From a bacterium (GTDB lineage: Bacteria; Patescibacteriota; Minisyncoccia; Phycocordibacterales; Phycocordibacteraceae): DNA of 64,000 nt. The stretch spans positions 108,578 through 172,577 of the forward strand of contig JAHFML010000001.1 in NCBI GenBank assembly GCA_023269085.1, written 5' to 3'. Of the stretch, positions 47,637-56,861 are shown piece after piece. Numbering within the stretch: position 1 is the first letter of the stretch; each line of letters starts with the position of its first letter. The position numbers and the translations under genes are program-made. Below the pieces are notes generated by a model. That model saw nothing but the letters and a program-made list of their open reading frames with translations, ran no database searches and had not been told where the DNA came from.

Positions 47637-48704
47637 CTATTCGCCCATGAGCAGCTGGCATATCGTCGCTATCGTATGCGGCAAAGCAAACTGTGCTCGT
47701 ATGCGCCCGGTAATCGGCGTGATGTCTGCGTGTGCGGCGAACACGAGCGCGTCGGCTATCGTTTCTGGCGAATCTGTTTCTATGAAAAGTCCTGGCACGT
47801 TTGCGAGGAGATCGCGGAAGGCGACATTAGTGGTGACGGCCGGCAGACCAGCGGCAAGCGCTTCGAGCACCGCCTTGTCGAGACTGCCAGTTAGGCTCAA
47901 ATTGAGAAATACGTCATGCCTCTCAAGGAGTGCCGGTATGTCGGTGTGCGACACCGCCCCGAGGAACTGCACATGGCTCGCGGTCGGTTTGGCAAAGATC
48001 ATCGCGTGCACTTGTCGTTCGTATGCCGCATCAGCAACAGTCGCCGGAACACCCGCGATCGTGAATGCTACGCTGACGCCGCGAGCGACGAGCACGTCGA
48101 TTGCCGCAAGCATCTCCAGAATACGCTTCGTCGATGAGAGGCGGCCGATGGTGAGTACGTGAAGCGTCGTGCCGGTCTGCTTCTTCGGGAGTGGTACGAA
48201 TTGTGTCATGTCGATGCCGTGCCCGACCACCCGCATCTTCGTGCTCGGTAAGCGGAAACTCTCTGCCGACGCAGTCACGATGACATTCGTCAGGATTGCC
48301 GCTATGCGGAGCTTCAGATCAACGCTTCGGTGCGTGTACCAGAGTGCAACGCGTTTCCCGAGTGCCCGCCACAGTATCCCCGCGAGCACGATATACTCCG
48401 GGTTCATGTGCACGAAAACTGCGTCGTACTCTCTTCGCAATTGCCATGCGAGGCGCAAGAAACGGAAGGCGTAGACAACGCGCCGTGCGAAGCGCGGCGG
48501 ATCTTCTTTCCCGAGCGAATGCACCCGTACATTTTTGGGAAGGTCGGACCTTCCCAACTTGAGGCAGATGACTTCGACCTGTTCAACATTCTGCGCGAAT
48601 TCTTCGATCCACCGCACGAAGAACCCGAGCACCGGATCGCCCTCATCGACGGTCTGCGTGACTATCAACAGTCTGCTTGACTTATTTTTTGAATCGAGTA
48701 TCAT
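47637..48704 (-). CDS. glycosyltransferase family 4
   Basis: GT-B; …IGRLSSTKR…, an EX7E-like region. Confidence 0.8.
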   Translation of the reverse strand: MILDSKNKSSRLLIVTQTVDEGDPVLGFFVRWIEEFAQNVEQVEVICLKLGRSDLPKNVRVHSLGKEDPPRFARRVVYAFRFLRLAWQLRREYDAVFVHMNPEYIVLAGILWRALGKRVALWYTHRSVDLKLRIAAILTNVIVTASAESFRLPSTKMRVVGHGIDMTQFVPLPKKQTGTTLHVLTIGRLSSTKRILEMLAAIDVLVARGVSVAFTIAGVPATVADAAYERQVHAMIFAKPTASHVQFLGAVSHTDIPALLERHDVFLNLSLTGSLDKAVLEALAAGLPAVTTNVAFRDLLANVPGLFIETDSPETIADALVFAAHADITPITGRIRAQFALPHTIATICQLLMGE

Positions 48705-48739
48705 AGTATCACACGACGAAAGGGGATCCGAACGGCTTA

Positions 48740-49264
48740 CTACCTAAGGGTCCCTTTTCTTATTTTCTTCCGCACATCCTTTTGCGATAAGTTAGCGCAA
48801 AAATTCGTTTGGACATATTGCTTATACAATGAGGATGCATACTCATTGGGGAACAATACTTTTTCTAACCGCTTCTCATCGAGAAGGAATTTGACCATAC
48901 GATAGTAGTCGCCATCGCCCGATACGAGCACGACTTTCTCAAAGTCATCCTGTTTATACAAACGATACATGCCTTCAAAAATGATTTCGGTATCTACGTT
49001 CCCTTTCTTAAGACTCTTCATGGCTGGGACATGCTTGCGGAAGCGCACGACAAATCCTGCTTCTTGCACTTCATCATAGACATCCCTGTGTTCATCGGAC
49101 ATATACCCAAAATAGTAATACGCCTTGGTTACGCCATATTTCTTCTCAAGATATACGCGGAACCGTGCTAAATCGACCTGCCACGGTTCGTCAGGGTGCT
49201 TGGTAGTTCCTAAATAGAGATTTTGCCCATCAACGAACGCAATATTGCGTTCTGTTTTATTCAT
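48740..49264 (-). CDS. NYN-domain (LabA/PIN-like) protein
   Basis: IAFVDGQNLY…VVLVSGDGDY are NYN signature Asp clusters. Visibly lower GC, with an AT-rich 5' flank. Confidence 0.65.
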   Translation of the reverse strand: MNKTERNIAFVDGQNLYLGTTKHPDEPWQVDLARFRVYLEKKYGVTKAYYYFGYMSDEHRDVYDEVQEAGFVVRFRKHVPAMKSLKKGNVDTEIIFEGMYRLYKQDDFEKVVLVSGDGDYYRMVKFLLDEKRLEKVLFPNEYASSLYKQYVQTNFCANLSQKDVRKKIRKGTLR

Positions 49265-50217
49265 ATCGCTATTATAGCACTTGTCACAACCTCGAGTGAT
49301 TCGCGCCAGCGCTTTGCCCACGATTCGGCATCGAGAATGGGCATCTTCAACTCGCCGCGCATGCCTGTCTGTAAAACATGCGCTGTCGCGGCGGTGAGCT
49401 CCGTGCGCGACGCGATGACCGCGCCCGCCTCGCGGGCGATGCCGTAGTCGGGCGAGACGACCGGCACGCCTGCGGCGAGCGCTTCGACGATGCTCGCGCC
49501 ATAACTCTCATGCCTTGAAGTGCTCACGACAACATCCGCCTGCGCGAGGTAGGGCGCGGGAGCCTGCCAGCCGGGGAACTCGACAAAAGGCGCGAGCTGC
49601 TTCGCTCGTTCGCGCAGTTTCCCCTCGAGACTCCCCGCGCCGAGCATGATGAGCCCGGCATCGATACCTCGCGCGCGCACCTGCACGAGCACCTCAAGCG
49701 CCATGAGTGGATCCTTCTCCTCTTCAAAACGGCCGATCCAAAGGATAGTTTTTGTAAAGCGCGAATGCGGCGTGTGCGACATATTCGCACATGGCGCAAG
49801 ATCGACAAAGATAGGCAAGACGACAATCGGTGCACGAAGACGCCATGAGACGAGCGTGTCCCGCAACTTTTCAGAAACGACTCGTATCGAATCGGCGCGG
49901 GCGAGGAGAAAACGCGCGAGCACGCGGCGCGTGAACGGCTGTGCCGTGAGGTCGGTATGCACTTGCAGATTCAGTCGCGCGCCGCAGCGGCGCGCGATAA
50001 CCCACGCGGCGAGCCCGCGCCAGAAGGGGTCTTGTGCGGTCACGACATCCGGCTGTGTCACACGCGTCGCTCGCACAATTTCGCGAAAAGAGTGTCTCTG
50101 CGGCCATACGAACACATCGAGCCGATCGACCTGTGATCGTTGAAAGAGCAATCGCGCATGCGCGGCGCTTCCTTCTTCGAGAATCGACGGGTCGCCGCTC
50201 AGCATCAGCACCTTCAT
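49261..50217 (-). CDS. glycosyltransferase family 4
   Basis: GT-B C-terminal domain (…GWQAPAPYLAQADVVVSTSRHESYGASIVEALAAGVPVVS…). Confidence 0.8.
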   Translation of the reverse strand: MKVLMLSGDPSILEEGSAAHARLLFQRSQVDRLDVFVWPQRHSFREIVRATRVTQPDVVTAQDPFWRGLAAWVIARRCGARLNLQVHTDLTAQPFTRRVLARFLLARADSIRVVSEKLRDTLVSWRLRAPIVVLPIFVDLAPCANMSHTPHSRFTKTILWIGRFEEEKDPLMALEVLVQVRARGIDAGLIMLGAGSLEGKLRERAKQLAPFVEFPGWQAPAPYLAQADVVVSTSRHESYGASIVEALAAGVPVVSPDYGIAREAGAVIASRTELTAATAHVLQTGMRGELKMPILDAESWAKRWRESLEVVTSAIIAI

Positions 50218-51317
50218 ACATGCGCGTGCACGATCTCGACCGTCCGCGCGAGCATCGCGTCGATCGAGAAGTGCGACGAAGATTCGACCGCGCGGAGCAC
50301 CAGCCGCGCGCGCAGAGCCTCATCGCTGAATATGCGCGTCAATGCGGCCGCGAGCGCCGAGGTGTCGCCGACCGGCACCAAGAGACCGTTATCGTCGTTG
50401 GTAATGACCTTGAGATTACCGCCCGCGCGCGTCGTGATGATCGGCACGCCGAGCGAGAGCGCCTCAATAAGCAGATGCGAGAGCCCTTCATACGAGGAAT
50501 TGAGAACGAAGACATCCGCCATTTGTATCGTCGCGAGGGTGTCCGCGTGCGAGAGAAGCCCGGTGAAGACCGTTCGTCCCGGCAACTGCTCTGCCGCATG
50601 TCGCTCCAGCACTTCACGATCGGGTCCTTCTCCCACCACCGCGAGAGACGTCTTCTTCCCCGCCATGAGCGCTATAGCGTCGATAACGCCCTCGATATGC
50701 TTCCACGGCACGAGCCGGCCAGCGGTCACGACGAGCGGCCGCGGCAATTTCTCTACGGCCGCAGGGACAGCACCCACCGCCTCAATAACGACCGCATTAT
50801 GGACCACCTCGATTTTCTCTTCCCCAATGCCCCACGTCGCAACAATCGTCTTCAGATACTCGCTCGGCACGATGATGATCTGTGCATGGCGCGCGACGCG
50901 CGACTGCACGCTCTGCAAGAATCGCACTCGCATCGGTACCTGTTTCATCGTGACGAATTCATCGAGCGACGCCGTCACGCCGAAGCGTTGGCGCCCTTGC
51001 TCCCAGGCATAATCGCCGACGATCTTCACGATGAGCGGCTTGTCGAGACTCCACGCCGCGAGACACGCCGGCAGACCCGTCGAGACCGGATCGAGCGTGA
51101 GCACCGCATCGGCCTTCTTGAGTGCACGGCGCACGCGGAAGAAGTACGCGAGATGCCGCACGAGCTTCGGCAAGTGCCGCACGTCATCGAACTTCACGAG
51201 GTTCACCGCGACCCCCTTCGCAGGGAGCCCTTCCATAAGCAGCTTGGCGTAGGTCGCCGGCCCCCCGATCTCGGGCGGATACAGTGGCGTCGCGATGACG
51301 AGCTTCATACTCTCCAT
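50214..51317 (-). CDS. glycosyltransferase family 4
   Basis: MKLVIATPLYPPEIGGPATYAK… plus EGLSHLLIEALSLGVPIITT. Start chosen at MESMK. Confidence 0.8.
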   Translation of the reverse strand: MESMKLVIATPLYPPEIGGPATYAKLLMEGLPAKGVAVNLVKFDDVRHLPKLVRHLAYFFRVRRALKKADAVLTLDPVSTGLPACLAAWSLDKPLIVKIVGDYAWEQGRQRFGVTASLDEFVTMKQVPMRVRFLQSVQSRVARHAQIIIVPSEYLKTIVATWGIGEEKIEVVHNAVVIEAVGAVPAAVEKLPRPLVVTAGRLVPWKHIEGVIDAIALMAGKKTSLAVVGEGPDREVLERHAAEQLPGRTVFTGLLSHADTLATIQMADVFVLNSSYEGLSHLLIEALSLGVPIITTRAGGNLKVITNDDNGLLVPVGDTSALAAALTRIFSDEALRARLVLRAVESSSHFSIDAMLARTVEIVHAHV

Positions 51318-51380
51318 GGTATCTTTTCTGCAACCTTTCCGCCACCGGTCGAGTTGCATTAGGTATGCTAAACTGCCCCT

Positions 51381-51923
51381 ATGCGCATCGTGCTCGCTAC
51401 GCCCTTCTACCCTCCTGACACTGAAGACCCCGCGCCCTATGTCAAAGAGCTCGCGCAACGTCTCTCGTCGCTCCACACGATCACGGTAGTGACCTATGGC
51501 TCTTTGCCGGAAAAGATAAGCGGCGTGACTATTCTCGCCGTCGACAAGCGTCAACCCATTTTCTTCAGATTATTCTCCTATGCACTCACCTTGTGGCGCG
51601 TGGCGCGCACAGCTGATGTCGTGTATGCCGAGAATGGCCCTTCGGTCGAAATGCCGGTGGGCATTGCCGCGAGAGTGACCCGCACACCATTCATGGTGCA
51701 TATCGGTGATGCTTCGGCTCATAGCCGCGCGACAAAAGAAATTATCCCTCGTCTTCTCGAGCGATTCGCGACGAGCGCCGCTTGCGCCGTTATTTCTGAT
51801 ATGCCACTTCCGAAGCCTGAAGTCCTACCGTTTTCGCCCGAGCCGCGAGCCGCGCAGGAGGCGCACCGCGCGTCGTGGGAAGAACATCTTCGTCTGCTCA
51901 ACGCTACTTTTGCTCATGCCTAA
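51381..51923 (+). CDS. stand-alone GT4 N-terminal-half-like protein (paralog of the N-terminus of the 50214..51317 GT4), divergently transcribed
   Basis: MRIVLATPFYPPDTEDPAPYVKELAQRL versus MKLVIATPLYPPEIGGPATYAKLLMEGL. Only about 180 aa, so no C-terminal GT-B domain. Confidence 0.45.
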   Translation: MRIVLATPFYPPDTEDPAPYVKELAQRLSSLHTITVVTYGSLPEKISGVTILAVDKRQPIFFRLFSYALTLWRVARTADVVYAENGPSVEMPVGIAARVTRTPFMVHIGDASAHSRATKEIIPRLLERFATSAACAVISDMPLPKPEVLPFSPEPRAAQEAHRASWEEHLRLLNATFAHA

Positions 51924-53019
51924 CGATGCCTACGCACTATGGGAAGAGTATAAAAAACGCGAGCTCGCGAAGCTGGCTCCCCTGCTCGCCGAGCTCGGCT
52001 ATACGCTCGACGCCGATCAGCCGCACGTGAGCGGTGAGCGCTATCTGATGCAGGCAGTGACGACGATGAGCGGCCGCAAGCTCATTCTCCTCGGCCGTCG
52101 TACCCGCGACAACACGCGAGTCGTGATAAAAGCTACGCGCGCTGCGAACGGCGCGCGCGAGCTCACCCATGAGCGGGCGTGTCGCGAAGTCTTGCATCGC
52201 ATCGACTTCGCGCATGGCGTCTTCTTCTCACCGCAAGAGATTCTCTTTACCCAACGAAGCGGCTACACGATTTCGATACAGGCATTCATCGAGCAGGAGA
52301 AGCCGTTCCTCGTACGAACCACCGAAGAGCAGTTCGCGTTCGCGCTCAAAGCGTTCAAGGCGCAAGAGAGCGCCCGTGCGACCACCTCTGGCCACGAACG
52401 CCTCGTCGAGAAGACCTTCGGTATCATGCGCGCGAACGATTATCTACGAGCGTTTGCCCAGTTTGTCGAGAACATATCCCGCGAAGCGCCGAGCCTCGTG
52501 CCCCGGACCCTGCTCGATGAGGCGAACACGCTACTGGTCAAACAACAAGAAACCATCGAGCAATACTGCGGCTTCCTCACGCACACCGACTTCGTCCCGC
52601 ACAACTTCCGCATCGTCGATGGCAACATCTATCTGCTCGATAACTCCTCGCTTCGCTTCGGTAATAAATATGAAGGGTGGGCGCGCTTCTTAAACTTCAT
52701 GACGCTCTACAACCCCGAGCTCGAACGCGCGCTTGTCGAATATGTGCGCGTCAATCGTACGAGGGAAGAATCGCTTGCGCTCAAGCTCATGCGCGTCTAT
52801 CGCCTCGGCGAGATCATCTGGTATTACGTAGGCACGCTCTCAAGCTGTTCGGGCGACCTCCGTCTTTTGAACGAAGAACGCGTGCGCCTGTGGACGCGTG
52901 TGCTCGAAGCGCAACTGCACGACTCGCTCTTGCCGGCTTCATTCTTGGACGACTACCGCGCGAAGCGCGACACGCTTCGGAGCGACGAAGAGAAGCGTCG
53001 GCAACAGGGGCTGCACTAA
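51916..53019 (+). CDS. phosphotransferase (APH/choline-kinase-like protein kinase fold) family protein
   Basis: HTDFVPHNFRIVDGNIYLLDNS is the catalytic loop plus DxD/N-type motif of the APH family. Start at MPNDAYAL. Confidence 0.6.
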   Translation: MPNDAYALWEEYKKRELAKLAPLLAELGYTLDADQPHVSGERYLMQAVTTMSGRKLILLGRRTRDNTRVVIKATRAANGARELTHERACREVLHRIDFAHGVFFSPQEILFTQRSGYTISIQAFIEQEKPFLVRTTEEQFAFALKAFKAQESARATTSGHERLVEKTFGIMRANDYLRAFAQFVENISREAPSLVPRTLLDEANTLLVKQQETIEQYCGFLTHTDFVPHNFRIVDGNIYLLDNSSLRFGNKYEGWARFLNFMTLYNPELERALVEYVRVNRTREESLALKLMRVYRLGEIIWYYVGTLSSCSGDLRLLNEERVRLWTRVLEAQLHDSLLPASFLDDYRAKRDTLRSDEEKRRQQGLH

Positions 53020-53561
53020 TCGAGCGCCTCTACCTGCGCCACCATCTGGGCATACGCGTCAACGATCGGGTGTTGCCACGACTCGTGTAGCATCGCGAGC
53101 ATCGACTCTTCAAACCATACTTTCTTCTCGCGGCCCGCGTTGAAATAGTTCCAGACGGCATTTCCCTCGCGCGCATGCGCCGCGATGAGACTCTCGGCAT
53201 TCGCTATTTTGTCGGCCGTCGCTATCGCCTTCGCGTCTTCGGGCGCGACACGCACCGCTTCGATATAGGCCCGTTTCTTCTCCTCCCACGGGAGGGTGTC
53301 GTCGTGTGTCACGGGCGCGACGAGATCGGCAACCGCGTCGCCAAGCTCTCGCCGGACATCGTCGAGCGAAACAGGTGTATCTTCCACGACATCATGCACG
53401 AGCCCCGCCGCAATGACCTCGTCTGAGAACCCATACCGTGCGAGCAAGAGAGCGACGCGGACAGGATGGACAATATAGGGCGTCGGCGCCTCCTTGCGCA
53501 TCTGCCCCTCGTGCGCGCGAAGCGCGAGTGCGATTGCCTTTTCGACAAGCGGTCCGTTCAT
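53016..53561 (-). CDS. HD-domain hydrolase, RelA/SpoT-type (small alarmone hydrolase-like)
   Basis: AHEGQMRKEAPTPYIVHPVRVALLL…VHDVVEDT matches the SpoT hydrolase HD signature. Confidence 0.65.
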   Translation of the reverse strand: MNGPLVEKAIALALRAHEGQMRKEAPTPYIVHPVRVALLLARYGFSDEVIAAGLVHDVVEDTPVSLDDVRRELGDAVADLVAPVTHDDTLPWEEKKRAYIEAVRVAPEDAKAIATADKIANAESLIAAHAREGNAVWNYFNAGREKKVWFEESMLAMLHESWQHPIVDAYAQMVAQVEALD

Positions 53562-55717
53562 ACGCAGACTTTATCAAACACCTTCTTCTGCATCTGCACG
53601 GCGATCTTGTCCCAGTCGTAGTCGCGTTCGACCATCGCGCGGGCGCGCTCTGATATTTCGTGCGCCTTCTCGGGGTTCGCAATGACTTCTTGTATCTTCT
53701 CGGCGAGCGCCTTCGGATCATCTGGCGACACGAGCCACGCGGTCTCACCGTTTACCGCGTAGTCGGCGATGCCGCCCACGCCCGAGGTGACAAGCGGGAG
53801 CCTCGAAGCGAGTGCCGAGATGAAAGCGTTCCCGAGCCCTTCAGAGCGAGACGGCGCGACGAAGATATCACTCGCCTTCCGGTAGAGCGTGACCACCGAG
53901 CGATCGACGCGGCCGGTGAAGATGACCCGATCTCGCACGCCGAGCTTCTTTGCCAGATCTTTCAATTTCGCTTCATCTTCGCCATCGCCGACCGCAACGA
54001 ATTTTATAGTGTCGGGCAGATGCGTGAGCGCTTCGATAACGGTATCAAACCCTTTCTGATGCACGAGCCGCGAGGTGTTCACGAGATATATCTCACTCTC
54101 CTTTTTCCCGAGCTCTTTCTTCATCTCATCAATCTCGACTTGCGAGAATGCTTGCTTCAAGTCGTTCGGGTTCGCACCATTCTTGACGAGGACGATCTCG
54201 CCCGCGTAGCCCATCTCGTGTGCCCACTGGCTCAAATAATTCGAGATGCTCTGCACCATCGTCGCGCTCGTGAACGCTCGCTTGAAGAGCGGCCAGACTG
54301 GGCGCATCACCTTCTCGACATGCTCTTTGGGGTCTCCCTCTTGGAGCGTGAGCACATATGGCGTCCTTGGCGAGAAGATCTTGAAGAGGGCCGCGGGGAT
54401 GCCGGCCGAATGCGCCATCATCGCCCAGATACCGTCATAGTGATACCGCGCATTGAGCGAGAGACCCTTCAAGGCACCGAAGATTTGGAAGAGATACTTA
54501 TTCGATTTCAAAATAAACTTCTTGCCGTAGTCCTCAAAGCGCGGGTCGGGGAGCCCGAAGCCGATGCGATGCACGAGGATGTTCCCATAGCGCTCGGTGC
54601 GCGGGAGATTCGAATTCCAGAGACAGGTGACCATGTGGAACTCGATATCCTCGGGCGCGATGCGGTCCGTAATCTCTTTGATCGCCGGCTCGGCACCGCC
54701 GTGGAAGTTGGGATAGTAGACGAGCGAGAAGATAAGGACGCGCTTCTTCGGCCGAAGGGTCGCGAAATCGGTAGCATTGGTCTTCATAGGCGTTTCGTTA
54801 TGTTTAATATCCGCGACATACTCGGGAAGCGTGTGCTTCTGCTCCCAGCCAAGCGCTCTTATCTTAGTGCTGTCAACTGCTTCGACCGAGCGGGTCGACT
54901 TCGTCGGTGACGAATACTCGAGATGACCGCCGAACATCCGCGCAACATCAAGAAGGCTGTATGCCTCAGCGGCACAAATGCCATACTCGTCCCCTTCTCC
55001 TCTTTCTCCTGCAAGCACGATGCCATCTACGGTATCCATGACATGTGTGAACGGCCGCTTCTGATTCCCAGCCCCCGCGAGACGATGCGGCAATCCGTGA
55101 AGCCAGTTCTGGTGGAGAATTTCTATAACCGTTCCATATTGATCACCGCGCTCGCGCGGGCCATACACATTATAGAAATAAGTAATGGCGTAGGGCAATT
55201 CGAACCATCGCGCATACTGCACAACCAGATCGCTCATCGACGATTTCGCCCAAGTGTAGGGCGCGAGATCCTTCCCTGCAACACCGTCTTCGATACGATA
55301 GGCAAACTTCGTCGACGAACCGGCATAGATGAGCTTGCATCGTTTCTCTCGCCAATATTCTAAAACTCCCAAGGTGCCGTCTATATTCAAATCGAATGTT
55401 ACCGCTGGCTCTGCAAGCGAGTGCCGAACCCGCGAATATTCGCCCAAGTGATAAATGAGGTCGGGGGTCTCGGGGATGTGGCGCTCAATATCTTTGGTGT
55501 GGCCTTCGCGGTAGTCGACATCCCTATGCGTCTTACAGACGCCGGGCGAGCATTCTGCTGTGCAGAATGCTCTAGCCGGGACATGATTCTCGCGACTACC
55601 GGTGAAGTAGTTGTCGAGCGAGATGACGCGGTGACCGTCCTTGACCAGCCGCTCGCAGAGATGCCCTCCGATGAAGCCGGCGCCACCGGTCACGAGAATG
55701 AGTTTTGAATCAGCCAT
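53558..55717 (-). CDS. fusion protein: NAD-dependent sugar-nucleotide epimerase/dehydratase (SDR) N-domain plus GT4 glycosyltransferase C-domain
   Basis: LVTGGAGFIGGHLCERL (Rossmann), YxxxK-type region, then KRVLIFSLVYYPNFHGGAEPAIKE…SRSEGLGNAFISALASRLPLVTS (GT4). Confidence 0.8.
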   Translation of the reverse strand: MADSKLILVTGGAGFIGGHLCERLVKDGHRVISLDNYFTGSRENHVPARAFCTAECSPGVCKTHRDVDYREGHTKDIERHIPETPDLIYHLGEYSRVRHSLAEPAVTFDLNIDGTLGVLEYWREKRCKLIYAGSSTKFAYRIEDGVAGKDLAPYTWAKSSMSDLVVQYARWFELPYAITYFYNVYGPRERGDQYGTVIEILHQNWLHGLPHRLAGAGNQKRPFTHVMDTVDGIVLAGERGEGDEYGICAAEAYSLLDVARMFGGHLEYSSPTKSTRSVEAVDSTKIRALGWEQKHTLPEYVADIKHNETPMKTNATDFATLRPKKRVLIFSLVYYPNFHGGAEPAIKEITDRIAPEDIEFHMVTCLWNSNLPRTERYGNILVHRIGFGLPDPRFEDYGKKFILKSNKYLFQIFGALKGLSLNARYHYDGIWAMMAHSAGIPAALFKIFSPRTPYVLTLQEGDPKEHVEKVMRPVWPLFKRAFTSATMVQSISNYLSQWAHEMGYAGEIVLVKNGANPNDLKQAFSQVEIDEMKKELGKKESEIYLVNTSRLVHQKGFDTVIEALTHLPDTIKFVAVGDGEDEAKLKDLAKKLGVRDRVIFTGRVDRSVVTLYRKASDIFVAPSRSEGLGNAFISALASRLPLVTSGVGGIADYAVNGETAWLVSPDDPKALAEKIQEVIANPEKAHEISERARAMVERDYDWDKIAVQMQKKVFDKVCV

Positions 55718-55732
55718 GTAGGAGAAGCATAC

Positions 55733-56854
55733 CTAAAGCAATATGAATGCGCCACCCGCGAGCGCGATGATGCCGAAGAGGCTGTAGGTCCACGGCGAAT
55801 GCAAGAGGCCGGCGGAAGGCTTCGCGGGCGTATAGGCGGGCGAAGAAGAGGCCGATGCCGCCCCCGCGGCGGCGAGGGTACTCGCCGCCGCGGGGGCGTT
55901 TACTGCTTCATCATGTGCTTGAGCGGGTACTGAAATGTTGATAAGCGGGTCGACCTCCTGCACTTGAAGAGAACTCGGTGCGACGGCCGAAGGTTGCACG
56001 TTCGGCATATAGCGCGCCGCCACGACGCCGTCCGGGTAGGCAAGGCTCGCGTCAAACGCAATCGGCAGATTGCTAATCGTGAACGGGAAGAGGACGCTCG
56101 CGTGCGGCAAGAGGCTCATGCCGAGCGGGATACTGAAGATGCCGGTGCCCGACATGAGGCGCCAGCCAGAGAGATCGAGCCGCTCGTCAGAATCGTTCGC
56201 GAGCGTGATGCCCTCGGTCGAGATGCTTGCAATGCGTACGACAGCCGGCTCCACCGTCACAGTCATCTCGCCACGCGCCGTCGTCGGGCCGTCGGTCGCT
56301 GTCGCGATGACGAGATAGGCGCCAGCATAGCGATACGTCTTCTGCGCGCGCGTTCCCTCCCCTGCCGAGCCGTCGCCGAAGCTCCATACGATGCGTGCCG
56401 CCAGATCGGACGCTCCACTCCGTGCCTTCACACTTGCCGTGAAAGTAAATGGCACGTCGATGAATGCCGTCCTACTCGCACCAAGATCAACAGTGAGGAC
56501 GGGCGGCGGCGGGACATACGAGGGTGATCCGCCTGAGGATGTTGAAGTTGCTTCGACTATTGTTGTTGTCACGATCTGGTTCGAATCACTCACTGTGATG
56601 TAGGGTGCGATTTTTGCATAAGTAACTGGCCCGATACCACTCACGTTTTGAATATCAGAAATCTTTGCGAAGGGACCGTGTTGCGTACGGTACGCAACGA
56701 TGTTCCCTGCATACGTCGGACCAATGTTGGGAAGTGTATCGAGAAGAGTCGCGTCAGCCGTATTAATATTCACGAGCGCCGCGTGCGCGAGAACAGGGAT
56801 GATGAAAATGAGAACGGCGAGGATTATGCCGCTCTGCTTCATAAAATAGTTCAT
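55733..56854 (-). CDS. ComEA-like helix-hairpin-helix DNA-binding protein with PKD and lamin-tail (LTD) domains and a C-terminal TM anchor
   Basis: VNINTADATLLDTLPNIGPTYAGNIVAYRTQHGPFAKISDIQNVSGIGPVTYAKI (ComEA HhH), WSFGDGSAGEG…TYRYAGAYLVIATATD (PKD), LSGWRL (LTD), C-terminal LFGIIALAGGAFILL. Confidence 0.7.
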   Translation of the reverse strand: MNYFMKQSGIILAVLIFIIPVLAHAALVNINTADATLLDTLPNIGPTYAGNIVAYRTQHGPFAKISDIQNVSGIGPVTYAKIAPYITVSDSNQIVTTTIVEATSTSSGGSPSYVPPPPVLTVDLGASRTAFIDVPFTFTASVKARSGASDLAARIVWSFGDGSAGEGTRAQKTYRYAGAYLVIATATDGPTTARGEMTVTVEPAVVRIASISTEGITLANDSDERLDLSGWRLMSGTGIFSIPLGMSLLPHASVLFPFTISNLPIAFDASLAYPDGVVAARYMPNVQPSAVAPSSLQVQEVDPLINISVPAQAHDEAVNAPAAASTLAAAGAASASSSPAYTPAKPSAGLLHSPWTYSLFGIIALAGGAFILL

Positions 56855-56861
56855 GGAGAAA

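Noticed and set aside
50034-51362. 442-aa plus-strand ORF and 57438..58805 (455 aa) antisense to GT4 and the DUF87 ATPase
   Set aside because: Arg/Asp/Glu/His-rich antisense ORFs with no motifs. The sense genes are well supported.
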